From positions 1-37,843 of the forward strand of contig JAENWQ010000001.1 of assembly GCA_016649855.1 (NCBI GenBank): a stretch of DNA of 37,843 nt, given 5' to 3'. The notes beneath the pieces were generated by a model. The model was not told where the DNA came from. It worked only from the letters and a program-made list of their open reading frames with translations, and did no database searches. The translations under genes were made by a program, and so were the position numbers. Shown piece after piece: positions 1 through 8,406 of this stretch (its first letter is position 1; every line of letters starts with the position of its first letter). The DNA is from Actinomycetota bacterium (GTDB lineage: Bacteria > Actinomycetota > CADDZG01 > WHSQ01).

Positions 1-67
1 CCGTCGCGCGTCGGCTCCGCCTGGTAGCACCTCATCCCGCGCCGGCGCAGGTAAACTCACTGCCCCG

Positions 68-140
68 GCCGGGGTAGCTCAGACGGCAGAGCGATTCACT
101 CGTAATGAATAGGTCAGGGGTTCGATTCCCCTCCCCGGCT
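68..140 (+). tRNA. tRNA-Thr (anticodon CGT)
   Basis: Hand-folded cloverleaf of 73 nt. Acceptor stem gccgggg/ccccggc, D-stem gctc/gagc, anticodon stem attca/tgaat with loop ctCGTaa, T-arm agggg-ttcgatt-cccct, discriminator t. No encoded CCA. Confidence 0.9.
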
Positions 141-201
141 CTGCGAACACCTCTCCCCCCGTAGGCTTCAGTCGTGTACCAGGCCCGTCGATTCAACCCG
201 C

Positions 202-1890
202 ATGAGACCGTCGAGCGGACGCGCGCGCCAGGTGCCGGCGGGTGCCCTGCTCTTGGTGCTGGCCCTCTCCGGCGCGGCCTGCGACCTCATGTCTGAGGAT
301 GAGGCGGCTCCGGCCCCCGAGATCGAGATCACGGGCCCGTGTGACGCTCCTGAACGGTGGAGCGGTGTATCTCCGCTGGTCGAGGACCCCAAAGGGACGA
401 TCACGTCGATCTCGGCGATCTCGGATGGCGCCGCGCTGGCCGATTCCACGATGCTGTACGTGCGGGTGGGGATCACTCCCGGAACGACGGTGGAGCGTCT
501 CCTGATCGACACCGACGGCGACCGGCTCTCGGGCATGTGGACGCTCCAGTCTCACCTTTCCGGCTCGGGATGGAACTACCTCGACGATCCGAACGCCGGC
601 CTGGTGCGGCATTCCGGAGCGCCGACCGAGTGGAACTACGAGCCGGTTCCGGTCGAGGGCCTTGGGCTCGAGGTCTCGGATGACGCATACATCTTCTGTA
701 TCCCCCTCGAAGGATTAGGCAAGCGACCTCCGGAGAGCGTTGCGCTTGCCGCCGAGAACGCCCACGCGTCGCTCCCGGCCCGCTTCATCGCAGGAGCTCT
801 CTATCCGCCCGCGGACGCGTCACGAGGACCGGAGCCGATCCAGGCCCCCGGCAGGTTGGCGTTCAACTACTCGGCCGCCCCCTGGATCGTGCGCGATTGC
901 ACCGGTAGGGAAGCGACGGAGCGAGCGATCTCTTGCGCCGCGTCCGTGTACGAGAACTTCGATCAGATCGTCCTCGATACCGATTTCTCGACGCACTTCG
1001 CTGGTGGGATGAAACGTCTGGTGACCGAGATCCGGCGCCGGAAGTCGTCCATCGAGGTGTGGGGCTACGTCTCGATCGTCGGCTCTACGAAGCAGCCGGA
1101 CGGAACGAGAGCCACGGAGTTCTCGGTCGCCGAGATCCTCGAGACGGCCCGTCGTTTCCGGGAGGCCGGGATGACGGGGATATTCCTCGACGAGTACGAC
1201 ATCTGCGACCCGGCGTATGAAACTTGCCAGCTCGGTCCCGACGGCCGCGGCATCAAGGTCAGCAGGAAGAGGCAGATCGAGGTCGTCGAGGGCCTCCATG
1301 AGATGGGACTGGCCGTGTTCGCGAACGGGCACTCGGTCATGGATGCCCTCGGCGAGCTCGGCGGACTGCCGGCACCGCTCGGTCCAGGGGACGGTGACAG
1401 ATCTGCCGATCAGTACCTCCTCGAGAATCCGACCCTGGTCCACGGAGAGCTCGCCGGCGGAACGGATCTCGAAGGGGCGACCGCTCGGTTCGCGCAAGCC
1501 ATCGATCTGCATCAACGCACCGGTGTCAGGCTGGCGGTGCTGGACTCGTTGGTCGGCGCCATCTCCGATGACGCTCTGTCCGATCCCGTGGTCTCGCTCG
1601 CTTGGTGGAGGGCAGCGCAGGCGGGTGCCGCGGTGTACGCGCTCGGTAACGGCGGTCCCGAGCTCAACGGCGGGAACCTTCCGGTCCTCGGGGTTCCTCC
1701 CGCCGCAGCCGGCGGGTACGGAGACTCGTTCGACACCACTCCCGTGCGCGTGCTCGACGGGGGACGGATCATGGAGCGCTCGGTTCTCGACTGCACCGGC
1801 GCCCCGATCGGCGCTGTCCGCGTGGCGCTGACCGCCGGCGGTGGTACCGCGGGCTTCATCCCCTCGGGTGCTGCTTCGACCGGTTGCTGA
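202..1890 (+). CDS. Secreted lipoprotein, paralog A. N-terminal beta-sandwich-like domain plus a possible glycoside-hydrolase-like TIM-barrel domain (Spherulin-4/GH135-like?)
   Basis: 562-aa ORF with a lipobox (LLLVLALSGAAC). Motifs LLIDTDGD..SGMW, EVWGYVSIVGS, GIFLDEYDICDP and WWRAAQA are shared with the next ORF. The GIF(L/I)DEYD motif resembles the GIFFDE motif of Spherulin-4-like proteins (from memory). Function is uncertain. Confidence 0.75.
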   Translation: MRPSSGRARQVPAGALLLVLALSGAACDLMSEDEAAPAPEIEITGPCDAPERWSGVSPLVEDPKGTITSISAISDGAALADSTMLYVRVGITPGTTVERLLIDTDGDRLSGMWTLQSHLSGSGWNYLDDPNAGLVRHSGAPTEWNYEPVPVEGLGLEVSDDAYIFCIPLEGLGKRPPESVALAAENAHASLPARFIAGALYPPADASRGPEPIQAPGRLAFNYSAAPWIVRDCTGREATERAISCAASVYENFDQIVLDTDFSTHFAGGMKRLVTEIRRRKSSIEVWGYVSIVGSTKQPDGTRATEFSVAEILETARRFREAGMTGIFLDEYDICDPAYETCQLGPDGRGIKVSRKRQIEVVEGLHEMGLAVFANGHSVMDALGELGGLPAPLGPGDGDRSADQYLLENPTLVHGELAGGTDLEGATARFAQAIDLHQRTGVRLAVLDSLVGAISDDALSDPVVSLAWWRAAQAGAAVYALGNGGPELNGGNLPVLGVPPAAAGGYGDSFDTTPVRVLDGGRIMERSVLDCTGAPIGAVRVALTAGGGTAGFIPSGAASTGC

Positions 1891-1954
1891 GTCCCAAAAA
1901 GAGCGTTTGCCCCGATTCATCCCCCTAGGAAGCCGGATAACCCCGTGGAAGGAT

Positions 1955-3712
1955 ATGGAAGCGGTGGGGGCCGCTCGCGGGGCGCGAGCGGACGGGGCTA
2001 GGAAACGGGGCACCGCCGTAGTGACTGTTCGGACGCGCATCGACCGCGCCACGGTGTGGCGCAAACGGATCCCGGGCAATGCCCTCGTGGCCGCTGCTCT
2101 CATCGCGGTCGTCGCGATGCCGGTCTCCGGCGCGTCGACGAATCGAGCCGCCGGAGATGGTTGTGACCGGGATGTCTCGTGGAAGGATGTCCCGGCGTCC
2201 ATCGAGGGGGATTCCGGGATCACGTCGGTCAAGGTGACCTCCACCCCCGGAGATCTGCGACCCGGCGGGACGCTGTACGTGCGCGTCGATACCTCGGGTC
2301 CGAACGTCGATGTTTCTCGGTTGCTCATCGACACGGATGAAGACTGGACCACGGGGATGTGGACCGCCCAGTCCGATCTGTCGGCCGCGGGATGGGATGT
2401 GTTCATCGACCCTTGGGCCGGCTTCTACCGCCACGCGGGTAACCCTCGCGAGTGGAACTGGAACAGTCAGTCGGGCGGCGGCGTCGATGTCGGCCACCCG
2501 GAGTCCGGATATCGGTACTGCATCCCGGTAGATGCCCTGAAGCTCGATGGCTCGAAGCGGATACGCGTGACGGCTGAGAACGAAGAGGTCTCCCTCCCGC
2601 TCCGCTTCCTGCCGGGCGTGCCCTTCCCGCGCGTTGATGAGGGCACCGCCAAAGAGAAGGTCGAGGCACCCGGGAGGATGGCCTTCAACTATTCCGGTGC
2701 TCCGTGGCTGATCAGGCACTGCGCAACTAGACCGAAGCAGAAGCGGACGTGCGCCGCGAGGGTTTATTCGAAGTTCTCTCATCTGATCCTCGGTGCGCGC
2801 CTCGAGGAGGCGGATCGAGCCGGGCATGGTGAAACCCGGAAGCTCATCCGCAAGCTACGCGAACGCTCACCATCCACGGAAGTGTGGGGCTACATCTCGA
2901 TCGTCGGCTCGCCAAAGGACGCCAGCGGGGTGCATCCGGTCGTCTACTCGGTCGCCGACTACCTGGACCATGTGGCTGCGTGGAAAGACATGGGAGTGAC
3001 CGGGATCTTCATCGACGAGTACGACATCTGCGATCCCTCCTACGAACATTGTCAGCGTGGACCCGCGGGGGACGTGGCCATCACCCGGCAAAATCAGCAG
3101 GCGGTCGTCGAGGGCATCCACGGCCAGGGGCTTGCCGCGTTCGTGAACGGTAACTCGCCACTCGACGCCATGGCTTCCTACGAGGGCCAAGAGTCGCCAC
3201 TCGGTGATGGTGACGGGACGCGCCCCGCGGATATGTACCTCCTCGAGAACCCGACGGTCCTCGACGGTCGCTATCACACGGGCATCGATTTCGAAGCGAA
3301 CCTGTCGAAGTTCCTCAACGTCATCCGCCTGAAGCAGGAGACCGGGGTACGGATCGGGGTGCTGGACAGCATGCCCGCTTTCATCCCCGATACCGCCTCC
3401 ACCTGGGACGAGTACCGGCTCGGATGGTGGAGGGCCGCGCAGGCGAACGCCGACGGCTATGCGTTCTTCGGACCGCAGGGTCATTTGGGCAACGTCCCCG
3501 TACTGTCTCCGCCTCCCGATGCGATCACCGGCTACGTGGCGGAGTTCGAGGCGGACGGGGTCGAGGCGCTGAGCAACGGCTGGGAGACCCGCCGCTACGT
3601 CGCCGATTGCACGGGGAACAGGGTTGGTTCCGTGACGGTCCAGCGCATCTCCAAGGACGGCACTGCCGTGGGGGGCTTCTTTCAAACGGGAACCCCTGAT
3701 CCGTCCTGTTGA
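1955..3712 (+). CDS. Secreted protein, paralog B of the upstream lipoprotein, same two-domain architecture
   Basis: The ORF track opens at 1841, but that overlaps the upstream gene. ATG at 1955 follows ggaaggat (RBS-like). Hydrophobic signal segment ALVAAALIAVVAMPVSGAS. About 58% identity to paralog A over a hand-aligned 48-aa block (LLIDTDEDWTTGMWTAQSDL...). Confidence 0.75.
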   Translation: MEAVGAARGARADGARKRGTAVVTVRTRIDRATVWRKRIPGNALVAAALIAVVAMPVSGASTNRAAGDGCDRDVSWKDVPASIEGDSGITSVKVTSTPGDLRPGGTLYVRVDTSGPNVDVSRLLIDTDEDWTTGMWTAQSDLSAAGWDVFIDPWAGFYRHAGNPREWNWNSQSGGGVDVGHPESGYRYCIPVDALKLDGSKRIRVTAENEEVSLPLRFLPGVPFPRVDEGTAKEKVEAPGRMAFNYSGAPWLIRHCATRPKQKRTCAARVYSKFSHLILGARLEEADRAGHGETRKLIRKLRERSPSTEVWGYISIVGSPKDASGVHPVVYSVADYLDHVAAWKDMGVTGIFIDEYDICDPSYEHCQRGPAGDVAITRQNQQAVVEGIHGQGLAAFVNGNSPLDAMASYEGQESPLGDGDGTRPADMYLLENPTVLDGRYHTGIDFEANLSKFLNVIRLKQETGVRIGVLDSMPAFIPDTASTWDEYRLGWWRAAQANADGYAFFGPQGHLGNVPVLSPPPDAITGYVAEFEADGVEALSNGWETRRYVADCTGNRVGSVTVQRISKDGTAVGGFFQTGTPDPSC

Positions 3713-3782
3713 ACCGGGGCCGAGCACCTCGGCCTCGATCAGATGATTAACCGTTTCCGGGACTCCAGGGTTGTCCCGCCTA

Positions 3783-4046
3783 TCACCCGGGAGGGGCCTG
3801 CGGAGGCTTCACGTAATCACGAGCGGCCTGGCGGGCGGCGCCGGTGATCGCACCGATCAGCCCGATCCACATCGCCTTCTTGGCGATCGGGACCGGATCG
3901 TCGGCCTGCGGCGGTTCCTCCCTGGTGGCCAGCCGCCACCCTGTGGTCACGATGTAGGTCGCGAGCTTGACCGCCAAGATGCCCGCGAGGGCCGCCGCTA
4001 TCGTCATCACCAACGACGACTTCTGCTGGTCCTTCTCCTCGCTCAT
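3783..4046 (-). CDS. DUF4235-like small membrane protein
   Basis: 87-aa ORF with two hydrophobic helices flanking the W..A...EPP.. pattern typical of actinobacterial DUF4235 proteins (recognised from memory). Confidence 0.6.
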   Translation of the reverse strand: MSEEKDQQKSSLVMTIAAALAGILAVKLATYIVTTGWRLATREEPPQADDPVPIAKKAMWIGLIGAITGAARQAARDYVKPPQAPPG

Positions 4047-4066
4047 TACTTGGCCCCTCTCTCGCC

Positions 4067-5266
4067 CTACAAGTGTGCAGGTTCCCGTTCCACGCCCAGC
4101 ATCTCATCTAGTTCTTCCCCACCTTCGCTCGGTCCGATCGCGATGATGCGATCTCCCGCCAGCAACTTGAAGGTGGGCTTAGGCCGGTAGGTCCACCGCC
4201 TCCCACGCTGCACGGCGAGGACGAACATGCCGGTCTCGGTCTCGATCTGTAGGTCCTTGATCGACTTCTCGTCGGCGGGGGACGATTCTCTGACGATCCC
4301 TTCGTAGCCGACCTCATCGCTCTCGATGAGAGCGGCGGCGATCACCGGATGGAGGTCCTCGCCCGCTTCGACCAACCGGGTCATCTCACGGGCGGAATCG
4401 AAGATGGATTCAGAAGCGCTTGCCAGACGGAGGAGGCCCCGGAGGTCGTCGGGGTTGCGGGCTTCCTGCGCACTCCGGAGCACCCAAGACTCGAGCTCGT
4501 CGTGGACCGCATCGGAGCGCGCTTCGAGGCTCGTGACTTCGGCGGCGAGCGCGCGATCGTTGAACAGCAGGGCGGAGTAAGCGAGGCCCACGGCGACCTC
4601 GGCCGAGTTCTTCATCTCGACCAGCAGATCGACGGCGCGGTCGAGGTCGGAGAGAACGATCTCGGGACCCTCGGGCGGCTCGGGGAGAGGCGGTGCCCCC
4701 ATCAACTCACGGGCAAGGTCGACGCCGTCCTCGGGGCCCTTGATGAGGAGGACGTCGCCTTCCGAGATCACGAAGGCTCCTCCCGGATCCAGGTCCCAGT
4801 CACCGTCGCTCCGGGTGGCGATGACCCACATGCCGATCTCGACCGGCATCGCGAGATCTGCAAGGGACTGACCGAGCGCGGCCGCTCCCGCGCGCACCTT
4901 CACGCGGGACACGATCTCGTCGGCATGTTTGAGATCCATACGGAGGTCGTCGACGATCCCGAGCCCCGAGTACACGACGTGTGCGATGTCCTCGGCGGCA
5001 TCGGCGATCTTCTCGACCGCGGATGCGATCGACAGGACCCCGGCCATGTGCTCCGCGTCCTCGGGGCTTCGCGCCGCGAGGATCGTGAGCTTCCTCAGCG
5101 AATGGATGTAGTCGGACATGCGCTCTTCGAGGCGTCTGACCTCGCGTGCGAGGTCTTCGTCCCCGAAGAAGACCGAGGCGTACGCCAGGTCCACCATGAG
5201 CTCCGAGCTGTCCTTTATCTCCGCCAGGAGCCCCTTGACGGTATGTGGACCTTCTCCGCTACTCAC
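4067..5266 (-). CDS. Cytoplasmic regulatory protein with duplicated PhoU-like helical and TrkA-C (RCK_C) domains
   Basis: 399-aa ORF with an internal two-fold repeat: LxxxKDxSELMVDLAYxxxxF...RxLE, then a beta-rich TrkA-C-like segment (GD.L...G). Lies 25 nt downstream of the MgtE-type permease on the same strand. Confidence 0.65.
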   Translation of the reverse strand: MSSGEGPHTVKGLLAEIKDSSELMVDLAYASVFFGDEDLAREVRRLEERMSDYIHSLRKLTILAARSPEDAEHMAGVLSIASAVEKIADAAEDIAHVVYSGLGIVDDLRMDLKHADEIVSRVKVRAGAAALGQSLADLAMPVEIGMWVIATRSDGDWDLDPGGAFVISEGDVLLIKGPEDGVDLARELMGAPPLPEPPEGPEIVLSDLDRAVDLLVEMKNSAEVAVGLAYSALLFNDRALAAEVTSLEARSDAVHDELESWVLRSAQEARNPDDLRGLLRLASASESIFDSAREMTRLVEAGEDLHPVIAAALIESDEVGYEGIVRESSPADEKSIKDLQIETETGMFVLAVQRGRRWTYRPKPTFKLLAGDRIIAIGPSEGGEELDEMLGVEREPAHL

Positions 5267-5291
5267 TGCTTCCCCCTCTTTCAGCCATCGA

Positions 5292-6674
5292 TCAGGCTAC
5301 TCCGAAGATCACGAGCGCCACCACGAGGCAGATCACCCCGAGGAGGTCCATCCCGCTCGAAACCAGCGGGATGGTGTGGTTGTCGGGATCGAGTCCCAGA
5401 CGGTAGGTAGCGATCGCCGCGTAGTAGCCGATCGCACCTGCAACGACGGTCGCGAGCAACCCTCCGACCATCACGACGCCGACGAACCTGAATGCTCCGG
5501 GGTATTCGGCGCCGATCAACTGAGCGGCGATCAATGTCGTTACCGCCGTGATGCTGTAGACGAGGATGCCCAGGACGAAGACGATCGTTCCGTCCAGCAA
5601 CGCGGCCGCGTCGGGCTTCGTGGTCGGAGTGACGGCCCCCAGGTGGAGTTTGGAGCCGAGGCGCGCCGACAGGATCGATCCCAGCGCGCCGGTGTTCTCG
5701 AGGAACCCCGGGATGATCATCAGGAACGCGGGGAACGGTCCGAACACATCCTCGAACCTCGGCTCCACAACCGTGCCCGCAAGGATGTCGAGCACGATCG
5801 CAACACACAGGATCGGGAAACTCTCTTTGATCACGCGCCGGACGACGGGAAGGGAACTGCGCCATCCGAAGATGAGCGACGCGACCGCCGCAGCCACCGA
5901 GATCATCCCGATCGCAGGAGTCACAACATCGATGCCTGCGAGGTAGGAGGCGATCAGCAGACAGGGGAGTGTGACGACGTCTCCTACGGTGGTGATCAGG
6001 ACCGCTCCTACCGAATCGAGATCCCATCCCTTCCGGTAAGACACGATCGAGAGATAGATCGTGAACGCAAGCACGAAGGCAGAGGACAGCAGGCCCCCGA
6101 CGAGGGCCACGGAGATGAAGTCCCAGGTGGACACCGTGTCGATCCCAAGGAGACCGGCGATGGACCGGGCCAGGACCCCCATGGTCACGGACGTCGAGAC
6201 GGTCAGCAGGGTTGCCGAGTAGACGTTCTGGAACAGTGAACCCTGGCGGTCGCTCGACACCTCGAAAAGGCCGGTGTGGATCGATGTCCCGAGGCGAGCG
6301 GCGAGCGCCCCGAAGATGTTGCCCCGCATCCCGATGGACACCGGGATCAGGACGAATAGGCCTCTGACCTCTCCGAGGCGTCCCTCCATGAAGGCCAGGG
6401 TCAGCCCCGCAAGGAGCGAGGTGAGGGCCGAGATGACGACCGCGACGCCGGCCTGTTTAACGGTGGCCCGCTCGGAGCCCCAGTAGTCCACGACCTGGCG
6501 CGCCGGATCGGCGAACCTCCGGGCGGTCCCTCGCACCGCCCTAGCGGGGCCCAGCACGGCGCGTGCGGCTCGCCCGAGGAACCGCAGGGGCGTATCCAGG
6601 GAAGAACCACGGCGTCCATCTGGTTGTTTATTCACACGCCTATCTGACCGTTTATTTCCACTTGGGAACCCCAA
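5292..6674 (-). CDS. MgtE-domain (SLC41-like) divalent-cation transporter, two MgtE repeats
   Basis: 460-aa polytopic membrane ORF with repeated MgtE-type motifs (GNIFGALAARLGTSIHTGL and NTGALGSILSARLGSKLHLG). The start is uncertain. The first ~20 codons after the TTG at 6674 are AT-rich and atypical, so a downstream GTG start is plausible. Confidence 0.7.
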   Translation of the reverse strand: MGFPSGNKRSDRRVNKQPDGRRGSSLDTPLRFLGRAARAVLGPARAVRGTARRFADPARQVVDYWGSERATVKQAGVAVVISALTSLLAGLTLAFMEGRLGEVRGLFVLIPVSIGMRGNIFGALAARLGTSIHTGLFEVSSDRQGSLFQNVYSATLLTVSTSVTMGVLARSIAGLLGIDTVSTWDFISVALVGGLLSSAFVLAFTIYLSIVSYRKGWDLDSVGAVLITTVGDVVTLPCLLIASYLAGIDVVTPAIGMISVAAAVASLIFGWRSSLPVVRRVIKESFPILCVAIVLDILAGTVVEPRFEDVFGPFPAFLMIIPGFLENTGALGSILSARLGSKLHLGAVTPTTKPDAAALLDGTIVFVLGILVYSITAVTTLIAAQLIGAEYPGAFRFVGVVMVGGLLATVVAGAIGYYAAIATYRLGLDPDNHTIPLVSSGMDLLGVICLVVALVIFGVA

Positions 6675-6725
6675 ACCGCTTGGGGGCGTCTGTACGAATA
6701 GTTACCGACAGCGACACGGGCGGAA

Positions 6726-6753
6726 AAGAAGTTGAAGGAAAGAAGTTGAAGGA
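6726..6753 (+). repeat. Perfect 14-bp tandem direct repeat (aagaagttgaagga x2)
   Basis: Read directly: 6726-6739 and 6740-6753 are identical. Purine-rich, 11 nt upstream of the ATG at 6765. Confidence 0.95.
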
Positions 6754-6764
6754 GAGGAGTACCG

Positions 6765-6971
6765 ATGGGATCTGAGAAGCAGGCGATCCGGGGCCAGCGG
6801 CCGCTCGGTCTCCCTCGTGCGTCCCAGAAATACGCCGAGGGAAGGATCTGTGACCACCCGGGATGCGAGACGAGATTGTCCACCTATAACCGCAGAGACA
6901 GGTGCTGGGCCCACGCCGAGATGAAGGTTCCCCGGCTGCGAGGCCGCAAGCCCGCTGCCGGCTCTGCCTGA
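6765..6971 (+). CDS. Small basic protein with a putative zinc-ribbon motif (C-x4-C ... C-x2-H)
   Basis: 68-aa ORF with RBS ggagaggag upstream. Contains the motif ICDHPGCETRLSTYNRRDRCWAH. No family name recognised. Confidence 0.5.
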   Translation: MGSEKQAIRGQRPLGLPRASQKYAEGRICDHPGCETRLSTYNRRDRCWAHAEMKVPRLRGRKPAAGSA

Positions 6972-7033
6972 TCCGCGCGACGCGATATATCCTGTGGCTC
7001 GACCACAGGCTGCATCATCGAGGAAGGTTCTAT

Positions 7034-7318
7034 ATGCGCGCACGGCTCGCCATTCTCCCGGTTCTTCTGGTTGCCGTTGTTGCCCTGATGCCGGCGACCG
7101 CGATCGCGTCCACCGGGCACCGTATCTATCTGACCCAGGCCGACCCCGGCGGGGCCGACAAGGGCCAGAGCGAAGGTGGCACCTCCGAGGTCGAGGTTGG
7201 CCCGTTGTGGACCTTTCAGATGGCTCGCATATCGCTTGCCCTCTTGTTCCTCGCTTTGCTGGGAGCCGGCTGGTGGTACTACCGCCTCGTCGTTAGGCGC
7301 CAGCGGGGCGAGATCTAA
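7034..7318 (+). CDS. Small secreted, membrane-anchored protein (signal peptide plus C-terminal TM helix)
   Basis: ATG at 7034 preceded by gaggaagg. Sequence is MRARLAILPVLLVAVVALMPATAIAS ... ISLALLFLALLGAGWWYY-RLVVRRQRGEI. The longer ORF from 6902 overlaps the previous gene. Confidence 0.5.
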   Translation: MRARLAILPVLLVAVVALMPATAIASTGHRIYLTQADPGGADKGQSEGGTSEVEVGPLWTFQMARISLALLFLALLGAGWWYYRLVVRRQRGEI

Positions 7319-7338
7319 CGCTCTCTCGGGCGGCGTAG

Positions 7339-8406
7339 GTGGGGTCTCCGAAGCTGATCGAACCATTCATCGCTCGGCGCGTCGCGCGCCGGGTCGCGGG
7401 TGATCCACATCCGGGCTCCTATCTGATGGACCGCCTGGCCCGCGATCTCGAGGCCGCGGTCCCCCGAGCGGAGCATCTCGTTGCCGAGATCACGCGTATC
7501 TCTCCTCCACCCCCGGTCGACTGGAAGATCATCGATCGTGCCGAGTGGGCCGAGAGCAACATCCGGAGCATGCACTCGATGCTGGCTGAGGTAGCGGACA
7601 AGGTGAGCCACCGGCTCGACAAAGCACCGCTGCCGGTTCGTCTCGCCCAGCGCACGCTCCTGTCGGCCGAGGTGGGAGCTCTTCTCGGCTACGTCTCCCG
7701 GCGCGTCCTCGGCCAGTACGACCTCCTGTTGGGAGGAGGTGCGCCGGAGGGTGATTCCAAGGACGACGGCGTGCTCTATTTCGTCGGGCCCAACATGGTC
7801 GAGACCGAGCGACAACTCGGCTTCGTTCCCGAGGACTTCGCGCTCTGGGTCGCGGTCCACGAGATCACCCACCGTTTCCAGTTCGCAGGAGTGCCATGGC
7901 TCCGGGCGAGGTTCTTCTCGCTCATGCGCGACTACCTCGACACTGTGAATCTCGATGCTCGCAAGCTCACCGAGAGATTCAAGGAGGGCGCGGCCAGGCT
8001 CAGGGACCGGTCGATCCCTTCCGAGGAACGCAACCCCATATATCTGCTGTCGTCGCCGGAGCAACGCGAGATCATGAACCAGATCCAGGCGCTGATGTCG
8101 GTCGTCGAAGGACACGGAAACTTCGTGATGGACGCGGTCGGCGAGGACGTGATCCCGTCGTTCCGCCGGATGCGTCATGTCTTCGAGGGGCGCAGGAAAC
8201 AGACATCGCTGGCCCAACGAGCGGTGAATCACGTCCTGGGTCTCGAGATGAAGCTGCGTCAGTACGAGATCGGACGAACGTTCTGCGATCAGGTGGCAGC
8301 CCAAGGGGGACTGGATTCGGTGGCGCGTATCTTCGTCCGCGAGGAGGCGTTCCCGACCATGGCCGAGCTGCGTGCTCCGGGTGACTGGCTGAGGAGGGTC
8401 GCGTGA
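7339..8406 (+). CDS. Zinc-dependent metalloprotease, DUF2342 family
   Basis: 355-aa ORF with an HExxH site (VAVHEITHRFQF). Sits immediately upstream of tilS, as Rv3626c does in M. tuberculosis. GTG start; its stop overlaps the tilS start (GTGA). Confidence 0.8.
   Translation: MGSPKLIEPFIARRVARRVAGDPHPGSYLMDRLARDLEAAVPRAEHLVAEITRISPPPPVDWKIIDRAEWAESNIRSMHSMLAEVADKVSHRLDKAPLPVRLAQRTLLSAEVGALLGYVSRRVLGQYDLLLGGGAPEGDSKDDGVLYFVGPNMVETERQLGFVPEDFALWVAVHEITHRFQFAGVPWLRARFFSLMRDYLDTVNLDARKLTERFKEGAARLRDRSIPSEERNPIYLLSSPEQREIMNQIQALMSVVEGHGNFVMDAVGEDVIPSFRRMRHVFEGRRKQTSLAQRAVNHVLGLEMKLRQYEIGRTFCDQVAAQGGLDSVARIFVREEAFPTMAELRAPGDWLRRVA

Noticed and set aside
1841-1954. Start of lipoprotein paralog B at 1841, overlapping paralog A by 50 nt.
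   Set aside because: The ATG at 1955 has an RBS-like ggaagga and still precedes the hydrophobic signal segment. The upstream part has no counterpart in paralog A.
820-2406. Long antisense or alternative-frame ORFs throughout the window. Examples: 820..2406(-), 1925..2827(-), 2867..3727(-), 4349..5410(+), 5118..6239(+), 7315..8724(-), 8289..9527(-), 17195..18196(-), 20537..21712(-), 24751..26217(-), 26626..27657(-), 29661..30560(-), 30828..31781(-), 31828..32841(-), 35265..36272(+).
   Set aside because: Each lies fully in the shadow of a gene with clear family motifs on the other strand or frame. Their translations are Arg/Pro/Gly/Ala-rich low-complexity strings typical of stop-codon-poor high-GC DNA. 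No motifs were recognised.
3716-3734. Hairpin ggccgag-cac-ctcggcc between the convergent genes ending at 3712 and 3783, as a bidirectional terminator.
   Set aside because: It has only a 7-bp stem and no T or A tract on either side. That is too weak to call as a feature.
6563-6764. Possible M-box (Mg2+) riboswitch upstream of the MgtE-type transporter.
   Set aside because: I read the minus-strand leader and found none of the conserved M-box core sequences or the expected multi-helix arrangement. Only a short ccccaa/ttgggg hairpin is present.
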